Shown one piece after another: positions 25,976-38,600 of a DNA stretch of 64,000 nucleotides (position 1 is the stretch's first letter; each line of letters starts with the position of its first letter). Made by a program: the position numbers and the translations under genes. Origin of the DNA: Sphagnum compactum (Eukaryota). The DNA lies in assembly GCA_965153455.1 (NCBI GenBank), contig OZ234493.1, positions 9,538,213 to 9,602,212 of the forward strand, read 5' to 3'. Under the pieces are notes generated by a model that was not told the origin of the DNA, searched no databases, and saw only the letters and a program-made list of their open reading frames with translations.

Positions 25976-26368
25976 AGATCGGAGGTTAGAGATCAATGCA
26001 ATATAATTCTATGATCATAACATACGATTGAAGCTGCAAATAGGCGCATTAAGCTCTGGGGTGGCAGATTATGTCATTTTCTTGACCACATAAGTATGTC
26101 ACATAATCTTTCCAATGATGATCATATATGCGTAATAGTGACCAAAATGCGTCTGTTGAACATAATGTGTTTGGTCAGATCAGAGGTTAGAGATCAATGC
26201 AATAATAATTCTATGATCTATCATGCAATTCAAGCTGCAAAATATGCACATTAAGCTCTGGGGTAGCAAATTATGTAATTCTCTTGACCACATAAGTATG
26301 TGACATAATCTTTCTGATGATCATCATATATGCGTAATAGTGACCAAAATGTGTCTCTCGTTGAACAT
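25976..26368. repeat. Tandem duplication of ~200 bp
   Basis: Copies start at 25976 and 26177 (agatc.gaggttagagatcaatgcaata...gcgtaatagtgaccaaaatg..tgaacat). Confidence 0.9.
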
Positions 26369-26408
26369 GATTGTTTTTCTAGAACATTGCATCTGCCATT
26401 CCAGACCT

Positions 26409-26518
26409 TAATGTCATGGATTGGCCTCCCCCTTGCCCATTATATTGGGTGCAGCACCTCATGGGCTTGCTCGTGCCCAACATAATGGACATGAGCTTGA
26501 CCATTCCATAGGACATAA
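26409..26518 (-). ncRNA. Candidate pre-miRNA-like foldback
   Basis: Register-symmetric arms atgtc-atggattggcc..tgcccattatattgggtgcagca and tgctcgtgcccaacataatggaca..gaccattccat-aggacat. Four C/A oppositions on + become G-U pairs on the minus strand. Not part of any repeat seen in this window. Confidence 0.4.
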
Positions 26519-27914
26519 TGTGAGCTAGCACCCACAGTGGCAAGTCTGAGGGCCTCTCTCTATTATGCCACTGGGATCACAGATTCTGCCCCCATAGTAG
26601 TTTTCAATACATTTGTTCTATCTAGTGGTGCTCACACTCACCTCACAGCTCTATGGATCAAGCATTGCCCAAATGCAGAGCTCGTGTGTGTTCAAGATGT
26701 GAGTCAAGGTGATCCATCTCTCATTTTTTTATGGAAACGTGTTCGTTTAAAGTTCTCTAGAAAGTTCCCTACATATGAAATGTTCCTAATGTTCCTAACA
26801 TTCATCAAAACTTACATATTTCCAGCCCAGATGCAACTCTGGAAAGGAAAGTGTCTGTCCATGCAGCAAGAAATAGGGCTCCCATTTCCATGCCTTTCCT
26901 CAGGGGATCACGGGATCACAGCATATTGCCTAATGGAAAGAGACCCTTACATATGCATCTCAGTTATGTAAGGTTCCAAGCTTTTATGCATCCTAGTTAT
27001 ATAAGGTTCCAAGCTGCTCTGGGCCAAGTATGGTTCCCGTTTGACTTAGGTTTCATTGTTCACCTCAGAATATATAAGGGCTTGGTTCAATTTCAAATTC
27101 CACTTACTCACACATCCAGCTAGGGCACCTTCATCACTAGAAGATTTGTGGCAGAGGATGATGCCCTTTTAGCATTAGGTCTTCTACTTCAGTACTACTG
27201 TTTTGATTGTTTTGGTTTTCCTCTCATGTGTTTACATTTGCTACGACATTCCTTGTACTTATTGTGGATGGATTTCCATCCTTGTTTATACATATATATA
27301 AATATACAGGTTTCACAGTTCAGATCGATCACAATTTGTAGTGTGTATCTCTCACATGACACTAGTGGACTTCATGAAGCAGATCTGGTTAATCTAGTAC
27401 GTCAATTAGCTCGGCTGTAATTCATGCACGCCTGCTGTAAAGAGATCACTTGACGTGTCGTGTGTTGCAGCTTGGTTCCCTTTGCATGCGTGCCATTCTA
27501 GTTTGTTTGTTTGTTCTCGCATCATCATGGTGCTTTAAGATGGGTTTGTTCTTTGCATGCACTACTGACTTTACTATTCTTGCAACTAGAATTTGCGTCA
27601 TGCAACTCTCACATCATAGAAATACAAAGTACTGGGATCTCTCAACAGTGGATTCATTCTTTTGCTATATTTAATAAGATTACAACAACCCACATGGAGC
27701 TTGACTGCATGAGCAATAAAAAGAAAAACAAAGTGCACAAGTACAAGTGCGCTAGTAAGCTGTCTCTAAATAGCAGTTGCACATTAGAGTTATCCGTAAA
27801 GTAACCCCCTCTTCACCCTGTCTTTGGGCCTCCTTTCACCCCCTATCCCCTCTTTCATTGCTATCTCAGTATGAAATGCTGCAACTGAGCATGAGATGCG
27901 GAAACTCAGCATTT

Positions 27915-28204
27915 CATGCACAAGGTTTGAGACTAATTGTAGTATTTGTACAGTTAGGAGCAGTGAAAATATATGTAGCAGCAGCAGCGGAGACGCTCAG
28001 GAAAGAGGAAAGACAGGGTGAAACTCAGTTTACTACCCAAATTGCTGGTTTTCTGAGTTTCATCCCCCCTTGAATGCTTTTAATGTTCTTTTTTTGCAGG
28101 TTTTTTAAAAATCTCACCCTGTGAATTAGGATTAAAACTCTTGGGGAACCAAACTCAGGGGTTTCTGGTGCTGTGTTTTCCTTGCTTTACAGATAACTCT
28201 ATTG
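27915..28204 (+). repeat. Diverged inverted duplicate of 16588-16826
   Basis: See 16588-16826. The ORF-track translations of both copies also align (AQG.R.I......GA.KI.......ERQ.ETQFTT.I..FL). Confidence 0.85.
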
Positions 28205-28310
28205 ACGGTTCATTCACCCTCAAGATGATTAGAATACAAATTCAGATCACCAAAATCCAGCAACAAAGGTTGGCATGAAAAAAATAAAATCTTCAAGCCT
28301 ACACACAACC

Positions 28311-28770
28311 CCCCCAAAATAGAAGATTCTATGGAAAGATGGAGTGCCTCCCCCTTCAGCCCACCTACATAGGTGAGAAGGGAAGGACTTTGGGCAAAAC
28401 ATATGGGATTAGAGCAAGGTGCTATTGGGACACACCCTTGGGGAACACATTGGGAACCTGATTGGAACCCGTTTGGAACTTGAAGAGAACATGTTGGGAA
28501 CAAAGGAAAAATGAAAAAAAAAACCTTCCCCCCCCCAAACCCAAAACTTAAAACAAAAAAGACGAAGGCACTTTGAGTGCATGCTGAGCCTTGCCATTGG
28601 CTGCATGAAATTTCTGTTTCCAAAACCGTTAAGTCACCATTTTTGGCCTGGGCTAATACCCCGATTCACCTCTCCTATTCATTAGATGAGGTGCCCCCAA
28701 GTTTAATTTTTTGTTTTGCAATGAGCCAATTTGATTGACCCATCACTCAAAAAAACACAAACTATGGAGA
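28311..28770. mobile_element. Non-coding dispersed repeat, copy 2 of the 13070-13700 family
   Basis: Shared blocks listed under 13070-13700, plus gcaatgagccaatt.gattg.cccatc. Confidence 0.7.
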
Positions 28771-30384
28771 CACCCTAAACCCTATTTTGCTAAACATTGA
28801 ATAAATTGATCCCTTTTTACGCATTTTCATTGATCCTCTACAATTTTCACAAACCTACCACTAAACCCTATTACATATTGAATTGTTAGTTCACTCAAGA
28901 TAATTGAGGAAAAAAAATTCAGACCACCAAATCTAGCAATGTCATTTGGCCATACTATTTTTTGTGCACACCTATAGACAAGCCTATTCAATACTACTTG
29001 TGTTCAAGTAGTGCACAATGCTCAAGAAAAAATATTGTGTATTAATTGTTATGTGCAACCAATTAAAACTAATAATTTATTTAAGAAGGAAGGTTTCATT
29101 GTTGCCCTTTTAACAAACCTTGCACTCGTAAACTTAGAGGACCTATACTTGTATTAAAAAAGGATTTGGTTTTGGTTTTAAGTTTAGAAAGAGATTGATT
29201 GCATGATCCCAATCCAAATCCGGTTTCAAACCATTGATCCAAAAACCCTAGAACCTAAGTTAGAACTTTAACGTGCTTAATATTTTGAATGTGTCAACAC
29301 TAGTTTGGACCAATGTTGGCTAGTTTTGAGGCCAATTTAAGAATTGGTTAAGAATTGTTTTTTGAAACACTTGTTCATGTAGATACCATTTTTGTAAGCT
29401 TTTTGAGATCTTGAAATGAGGCTAGGGGAGATCAAATAAAGCTTGAAGAAGAAGTCCTTCAAAATCACATGTGTTTGTTAAGAAGGTTAAATATGTTTCT
29501 TATTTATTTTATTTTAATTTATTCCATGTGAAAGAAGTAGACATGGTTATAAAACCTAGTGAAGGTTCTTTGATCAATTGATGTGTGTTCACATGTGTAT
29601 GTGTTTCATTGATCTAATGGTTTTGTCAAATTATTAATCAATGAGAATCTTAAATATGATATTAATAGTTCAAGAGTTGATTTTGATAAACAAGATTTCT
29701 CATTTGGTGACTCTTTGTTGCTTTTGTTTTTGTCCCTTTTCTACTTGCAATGTTTTCATCAAAATCAACTTGTTAGGGTTTCAAATTAATTTGATTATGT
29801 TTTGATTGATGTTCTAGAAAAAATTAATCCAACTTTACTACTATCAAAGTAGCTATTCACCTCCATTTTTTCAAATGTAGGTGCTAAAGTTCTATTTTTT
29901 ATTCCCAACTTTTGATTTTTTAATATCTAAAATAAAAATCTTTTGTTGGATTTCATGGTGCTTGGAAATCCCTTTCGTACAATGTGTATGAACATGATTG
30001 ACATCAAGACAACATAATGATTAATAATCACACACCTTAAGTTCTAATCCTAATTATATAATGATTACTTGTTTAACCAATTCATGATTTCTATTTTTAT
30101 TTTACTTCATTTTATTAATGATTTTGATCAATTGTTTTGATATGAAAATATTTTTATGAGGAAATTTGGAGTGGCCAATTAACCTTCATTTAAAACTATA
30201 ATGTTGCTTTTAGTTGGAATTTTACATTGTATCACTATTAGAAATCATGTCTAATCCATAAATTTTTATGATTGGATTTTAATATTAAAAAAACACTTGG
30301 ACAAGGTGACACTATAGTAAAAAATGACCTATTCAATAGACAAAATAAACATTTATTAGTGGTTAATCAAATTGAACATGATAG

Positions 30385-30424
30385 AATGTTTTCTTAGTAA
30401 AAAAAGTCGTGATTTCTTGTAGTG
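30385..30424. mobile_element. Right end of a CACTA (En/Spm) element
   Basis: Ends ..gtcgtgatTTCTTGTAGTG, whose reverse complement CACTACAAGAAatcacgactttt matches the left end at 30744. Confidence 0.6.
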
Positions 30425-30743
30425 TGTTCTCATGTTGGATTTTTTTCATTGTATCACGTACAAAAACTACGAACTTATGAAAAATGAATTTCACCCAATT
30501 TCCATTACCAAATCATTGGATGTAAAATTTGTGATGGTGACATTTCTATTATTGCAATTGTTTATCAAAACACATAAACATTTATTAATTAGTGGGTAGG
30601 CTAAGATAGGTTATTATTACCTATTAGGTATTTAAGTAGGTTAAATAAGGTTATAACATCAGTGTCGTAAAGGGGTGTTGATTCCGACATCGATTTAGCT
30701 CATCACATCAATTTGAGTATTAATTCTTTTGCATGGGTAATGT

Positions 30744-30800
30744 CACTACAAGAAGTCATGGCTTTTTCGATTGGGAATTTCGGTCAAAAAAATTCCCCAT
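30744..30800. mobile_element. Left end of a second CACTA element
   Basis: CACTACAAGAAgtcatggcttttt. It faces away from the 30424 end, so the two ends belong to different insertions. Confidence 0.6.
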
Positions 30801-31270
30801 ATATGATTTTTTTACTCCTTGTCCAACTTGACCAAAGTGCCATTTTGGACAAATTTCGGACCCAACCATTCTGACTAAACCTTTACGGTTGGTTATTTTT
30901 ATTGAATTGTTTTACTAATATTTTTTTACTAAATCATTGTGACAATAATATAATTTGGGCAACAACCAAATATATATATATTTTTAAAATTTTAACTTAT
31001 AATTTATATGAAAATATTAATTAATTAATTACATACCTACCTTACCCACCTTCCTATTTACATAATTAATAAACTTAATAATTAATGCGCAAAAAATATT
31101 ATTTATTTACCTACCAACCTTATGTAATATGCCTAAGCTAGGCCACTTAACTTAACCACCTAAGCTAAATCAAGCCACTAAGGCTAGGCAAAGTAGCCTA
31201 GGTTGGGTGGTTTAATAAGCTTTGCAATCTTGCTACTTAATTAGGTCACCTAAGTAGCCAATTTAGCCTA

Positions 31271-31345
31271 GGTTGCAAATGTGGGGACTTGAACTCCTCA
31301 CCTTTACATTGAGGAATAAAGTCCTTAACCATTGCACCACCACCC
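31271..31345 (-). pseudogene. tRNA-derived fragment (SINE head or tRNA pseudogene)
   Basis: Minus strand has an A-box-like TGGTGCAATGG and a B-box-like GAGTTCAAGTCC at tRNA spacing. The anticodon arm and acceptor stem are not canonical. Confidence 0.5.
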
Positions 31346-32604
31346 ATAAAGTGATATTTCTTGGACAACATATTGTAATTAACATGATTTTGAACCAACA
31401 CATTGTAATAAACTTCTTTGAATTTTTTTTCAACATATTGTATTAAATGAATTTGAATTTTTTTTTTAGTACCAACATAAATAAATAGGTTAGATTATAC
31501 TAGGCCTTATAGGTACCTACTAGTTCTATGTTTATACCTACCTAGTAAGCTACTTATGCCTATATGTTATTTAGTAGGTTATATAGATACCTATTAGCCT
31601 ATTAATAAACTTAGCCTAGGCATATTAGGTAGGTAGCCTAACTTATTAAGTAGGTCCAAGCCTAAACTACCTACCTAATAGGATAAGTTACCTACCTCGT
31701 ACGCCAAAATGGTTGAGCCTAAATTAGCTACATACTTAACGTAGGCCTAGGTAACTTAGTTCAAGCTACATACCTACTTAGTAAGCTTAAGTGGCCTAAG
31801 TTAAACTACCTAACTTGTAGGCTTAGGTGGTTTAAACTAGGCTACATACTTAGTAGACTTAAGTGACCTAAGTTATGTTAGTTATCTAATAGGCCTAAGT
31901 GGCCTAAACTATTTATTTAGCTATCAAAATAGGCTACCTATCTATTAAGCCTAAGTGGCTTATGTTATTTACTTAGTAGGTTTAAACTACGTATATATCT
32001 ATACACAACAACACATTTTGGGTTTTGCAACTGGCCTTTACAACTACATATTTGTAAAGAAGAACATATGCAACTAGTGATTAATGAATTGTTAAACCCA
32101 TGTCGTTTCACTCATTTAGTTACAAGGGACATTTAGATGCAAAGCCCAATTGTTCTAACAATTAGGATTTTTATATTTTATTATAATAATGAAATTCCAT
32201 GTCATCATTAACCTTGTTATGACATGTAAAATGCATGTCATATCAACTTTGTCGTTTTATTCAACTACATGTTACAAAAAATGCCTTGATAAATGGATGA
32301 CATGTGTCAAAAATCTATAAACACATTACGAGTGGCACATGACTAAAAGTCAACATAGTTTAACCTATGTAATTAACGTTACGAAAAGTCAACTTAACAT
32401 AACTTAGTTAGGTTAGGCAACCTAACCTAATTCACCTAGCCAAAAATCAACATAGTTGAATTTAACTAAGCTAATTACTTAGGCAAAACAACCTAGGTTA
32501 CCTAACCTAAGCTTATGGCCTAGATTAAAAACAAATGCCAAACTTTTAGTGCAAGAAGCCTAAACTAGGTTATTTAACCTAAGCCAAGTTGCTTAATTAC
32601 CATA

Positions 32605-32673
32605 GGTTGCAAGAGTGAAAACTTGAACCCCTCACCTTCACTTTGGGGTTCAAGTCTTCATCCATTGCACTAC
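32605..32673 (-). pseudogene. tRNA-derived fragment, second copy
   Basis: TAGTGCAATGG...GGGTTCAAGTT..ttgcaacc, homologous to 31271-31345. Confidence 0.45.
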
Positions 32674-35600
32674 AAAATATTTTTATACTAACTATATTTA
32701 ACACAAAGTTATAGTGCTCAAAAATTTTAACCTTTAATTAACCTTGGCCACCCTAGGTTGAATCAACCTAGCCTAGACCTAGACTTCCCTAGGTTGAATT
32801 AAGATGAACTAGTTTGTCAACTTATACTATTTACTAACCTAGGCATTGTTAAGCTAAAAAAATTTAACCTAGGATAATTATGTCGCATCTAGTCATATCA
32901 TAATCGCATATAGTCACACAAATTTGAGGTGATTACAAAATTGATAAAATATCTTGTAATGAGGTTACTTAAGTTACTTGGTAATAAACCTAAAGTTAGG
33001 AACCTAAGCAAGCCTACCTAGGTTATCTTATTAATCTAGGGTAACCTATTTTAAATATATTTAAACATACTAAATGTAGTAAGTTGTTTATGTCTAGTCA
33101 AGTAACTTACAAGGTAACCTATGTTACAAAGTAAGTTTTATTAAGTAGCCTACATACATAGGTAATTTAATAGGTATGTTAACCTAAGCTAGTTTGTTAA
33201 ATAGTTTAAAAATCAAGGAGCTATGTGTCACCTTTTTCAAAACGATTAAATTAATATTATAATCGTAATTACAAGCTAACAATAGATTGTTTAATACACA
33301 TACACATGCATGTGAATTCGTGACTTCAAAAACCTTATGGCCCACAAAAATTTATGGCATGCCATGACAAATATCGGTGCCATAAACTCAAGACACACAA
33401 AAACTTATGATGTCATAAAAAATCATGGACTGTCATGAAAATAAGTTCTTTTGGGTGAAGGGGAGGGGAAGTGGTATCACCAAAAAGAAAGGGGGGAAGA
33501 GAAGTTGGTTTTCTCAGTCACCCATTTCCTTATAGGTTAGAATCACCCATCATCAAACATGTATCTATCACTAAACATTTTCTGATTTTTTTCTCATTCC
33601 TTCACCAAATTGAGTGTTTTTTTTTTGTTTTTTTTTGGGGGCTGTCAATGGATGTATAAATTGGAGGGCTGCAAATGATCTTTGAATGTCAAACGTAAAG
33701 AAGCAATGGCTGAAAACACAAGAAAAGGATGATTGATAGTTTGTTTCAATTTTTTTGAAAAATTAACTTACGACTCCTTTCTAGTTCTAGCCCATTATCT
33801 TCCTCATTTTTTATCTGTTTTGAGTGATTAAAAACTTGATTGGTGTGTCAGCTAGGGTATTACAAAACCTCTTGAACAATTTTATTGAGCAACTTTTATA
33901 TTCTAGAGGCAAAGATGCAACGATCAAAGGTTTTAAGCTCAAAATCCTAATTTATTTTAATTCACCCATCACCAAACATTGAAACCCCTTACACCAAATA
34001 CCCATATCTTCCCCAATCCTTTATTGAATTGAGCAATTTTTGCAACATTGAAAGTGATAGGTGGATAGCTACACATGTTCTTTAAACTTTAGAAGCAATC
34101 AAACAATGTATGAGAATTCAACTTCTATTGAGTTCTTAAATGTTTGTTCACCAACCTATCTACTTTAGATGTCATAATTTCCCCCATCAAGAGATGTTGG
34201 ATTCAACCTCATCCATCCCCCCCCCCACTCAATAAATGATCCTCTCCAAACCCACAACCCATGAAATTTTTACAAGTTTAAATTTTGTTTGCCCAAACAA
34301 CTTCCAACTAGTTGCATACCAATAATCCCATGTCTCATTGTGATCATCCCAACAATAGGCCTTGAATTCCCACGGTGGAAAATAAAATCCCACTTAAAGC
34401 TCCATATTCATGGGTGTTCATTTCCCATCTTCTCAATCCCACATTTCCATAAAAATCCCATCATCCCTTGATATATTTCAAGCATGTTCAACTTGATAAT
34501 ATAATGTTATAATTCTCAAATCCCTTACGAATCTTCTTCATTTCCACAATTTGCTTTTATCTAAATCATTATACAATTTATTTCTACACATCAAACTTAG
34601 AATTTCCAATGTAGTGAAAATCTTGAAAAATTTATGACAAAAGAATTCCATAAAAAATTATGTTGTGAGCATTTTTTTCATCAGCAACGACACAAACACA
34701 CGCCAAAAAACCTTAAAATAAAAGACCATGGATATGTAGTTCTTCATAATTCAGGTACCTTTCCCAAAATTCGTCACCTCCTTTTACGTTGAAAGTTCCA
34801 CCACTACAAAATTGCAAACATTTCTACTTCACAAATTGCAAACAATATATGACAATTCCCAAAAAAAAATCATAGCCACCATCACCAAACACCTTGAAAA
34901 ATTTTGCAACAAAACTGACAAACCATTCACAATTCAAACATAACACACACCCAACATTCATGAGCTACACATTAAAAACACCCCAAAAACAACACCAACA
35001 CACCACCATTTTACATTCACTCACAAATAAACAAAATGCTTAGAGTATAACCTAAAGAAAAACTCAAACAAGTGTAATTTGTCCACCTTAATCACCATTG
35101 ATCCTTTCCTTAATCCTTTCCTTGCATCTTGATCATTTCAACTACTAAAAATGTTCATGCTTCTACCATCTACATTTCCTTCACTTTTCCTCCTTAATCT
35201 AATTAGGTTAACTTGTTATCCAACCCTATTCCCACTTTCCAAAATAATTGTTTAGTCATTGGCCCATAACACATTAGCATCATGGCATGTTGTAGTCCAT
35301 TAGCCCCTACACCAATACAATGGTTCAAACTTAAAAGTCAGTGTTGTCTTGGTATATGATAACATTATGTGGTTATAATCTTTAAAAAAACCTTTGGTCT
35401 TAGTTTTGACACCTTACACTTATTTGGAGGTTCTCCATGCGGGGATTTTAACTTAATTATTTGAATTTCAAAACCTTTCCATTCTAGTTATAACATTTTT
35501 TTTTCAAATTTTAGAACTTTTAGGTTTTGATTCAAAAACCAAATCCAATCCCATGTACATATCACACACTCCGCAACTAAAGATTGCATGGGTACACAAT

Positions 35601-38600
35601 TTTTGCACCAAGTTAAAATATGGGTCTAAATAGGTACATAATTCAACAATTAATTAAAACTAACAGTCAACCATAAAGTTAAACTTACTTATCAAGTTTT
35701 CAAAAAAAAATCAACTTGCCTACCTAAAAAATATGACCTTTTCTTAAAGAATGTATTTTGACAATTTTGATTTCAATTGAAGACTAGCAAAAGATTAGTT
35801 CCATGGGGTAAAAACATACTATAATGGATTTTTTTGAATGTCACAAAGGCAAAATTTTATGGGTTGGACACATTCTATCCTATAAAACCCATATGCAAGT
35901 TGGAAATTCTAACAAAATGGACTCAAACAATTGAATATAATATTCTTTGTCTTTCTACTTTCAAATAATTGCAACAAAAACATTGATTTTCAATGAGATA
36001 TGGACTTTGCAATTTAGGCAATTCCAAGGTCACAATTGATAAAAATAAAATGTTATGGACTCATTACCTTGCAATGGAATTGAAGATTTTTCCACAATTT
36101 TGGGACATGATGTAGTTCAAGGGTTATAATAGTTAGGAATAATTTTTTTGGAAAATATGAAATATGTGATGGATTTTAGAGTTCCTCATTGTGTGCAATA
36201 AAAGTCAAATAAATTTCAAAGTTCATCACATATCCAAAAGGATGTTTTTCATGACCATTACTAAATACAAGTGTTCAAAATGGTTGAAAGTAGGGCTTCG
36301 TTATGTCGTACGCTCCTTGGCGACATCTACAACCTTCATTGTCAACATACGTAAATCAAATAACATAATACCATCCTAACATAATGTTTACTAGCGTTAA
36401 ATTTATTTTTTTTCAAGGTTGCTTAATTGGCCAAGTAGAAAATATAATGTGTCTATTTGTACATTTCTAGAGTGGAATAAATTGGTTTTTTTTTGGTAGT
36501 GTGATTGGTTATTGTGTTAAATCAAGAATGAACTTTTGGTGACCAAACAAAATGTACATAACATAATTTGACTATTTGAAATAATTAAGGGGGAAAAACA
36601 TTTGACAATAAACACACTACAATTGCATGCACTACTAGGGGAGTTGAACCCCAGTCTCAAAAGGCTTTGCCCATTTGCAATAGCAGTGTGTTTGCACCCA
36701 CCCACAACCCCACCCCAAGTTCCAACTTGCAACCCCAACCATATTAAACAAAAGACAAAAATTGCAAATAATAAGTCCAAAAGCACAAGTGCATGCTGCA
36801 CAATGCAACTCTAGAAGTCCTCTAAACTCCAAACTTTCCAACATTCACATTATGCAAGATAACTCCAAAACACCACATAAAAATCTCCAAGCCCACTCCA
36901 CATACCTACATGACCTTTCAAAATATGTTTCAAAGCTAAAAACCAACCCATGGAATTGTTTGACATGTGTGTTTCAACAAAATCAAAGAGCAAATGTATA
37001 CTTGCAATATTTTTAATGTGCAAAACTTCGTACAAAATGGAAACGCCCCAACAAAAAATGGACCTAAAAAAGAAATTTAAACTACTTTAATTAACAAACC
37101 ATCTACCATTAAGCATCAAGGCAATATTGAGGCTTTTGTGTCCTTCCACTTGGTGATGGCATCTTGAAAAAGGAAATTGCCAATTGTGTACATACTCCAG
37201 AGCCATAAAGATTTGTGGCTACATAAATATAATTGTGTATAAATGCTGGTTACTTATAGAAAGAGAGGTGTAGGTTTGGCTATTGCTCATGAGAGAGGGG
37301 AACAAGGGTGGCAATCTCTCATGAGAGAAGGAAGTGGAGATAATGAAAAGTTGATTAATGATGGGAGCATGAGTCGCTATAGTGAAAGTGACAAGGGAGG
37401 CAATGTTGTTACTTTGCAAAAAGATGCCCTAACTTTTAACTTTTTTTTTTTTCATGCCTACAAGTAGCCCATCCAAAAACTACGTAGCCATTTGGAGATT
37501 TGTAGCCACAAAAAAAAATACTAATGCTTACCATCCAAACCAAAACAAGCTCATTTATAATTGCATAAAAATCCAAGTACAAAACACAAGATGAAAATCA
37601 AAACACAAAAGCCATGTGCAAATGAAAATTGCAAAACATAAAAAATTGCAAAGCAAACAAAACACATTGTGTTTTAGAATCTCAAATCACCAAAAATGAT
37701 TTGAGATTACAAAACTTGGGATGATTATATCTAAAACAACCAAGCAAAAATTAGCATTAGAACTCATATTAGTATTCAATTAAAAATATTGTTTCTAAAA
37801 AAAACCCAATACCATGACCAATTTGAGATGTTTCAAGAGTCGATCTACCTACACAACATTAATTAACCAATTTTGGGTGGTTATTTTATTTTGGTAATAA
37901 CCTTTGGTTTTGGTTTTTTCGAAAATTTTAGAAATAAATAATTTATAATTACGGGTTTTTATGGAATTGAAAATTAATAAAACCCTTTTTTTTACTTAAA
38001 AAAAACCATGGCTATATATTAGATCATTTCTTTGACATTTTGAAAACTACAATTACATATTCTTAAAAGTCCCCTTGAGAACTTGGGGGGTTGGTGTCAT
38101 TTTTAATGATTTTCCCACATTGATTACTTTTGAACATTATATCTTTTCCTAAAATTAAATCAAGGTCTTTGTGTCCAAATTCAACATTTCCTAGGTTAGA
38201 TATTGTTGTACCTAGCATTAATTAATTAATTAAAAATTTTCCAAACAATTTAATAAAATATTTACTTGCCATGTTCAAATTCCCAAAAAAGGTAAAAGGA
38301 ATTGATGAACTTTACACCACAATTTCATGCATTTTTGAAAGGGCATTTCAAAACACCAAATGTTGAACCCTCAATCTCCTACACGTCACAATGGTGGAGT
38401 TTACAAAGTTTTTCTTTTCATCTTTGTTGTTTCTATTGGGGTTTGATGGGCCATTCTCACCTTCACGAGTTGCATACATGTACTTTTAGTGTTGAGGACA
38501 AACAAGATTTTGCTTTAACAAATATTTCAAAAAGGTTTGGATCATAAAAAATATTTGTTTCAACGTAGTGATGACATTGATACATTGTTCTTCCAATCAA

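Larger units (their letters stand above)
31030..33200. repeat. Low-complexity degenerate repeat tract rich in CCTA/TAGG, probably internal to the CACTA element
   Basis: Dense cctaggtt, aaccta, taggct and ctacct words with no long ORF. Confidence 0.55.

Noticed and set aside
26537..26971. 144-aa ORF
   Set aside because: GTG start, no recognisable motif and no supporting splice structure.
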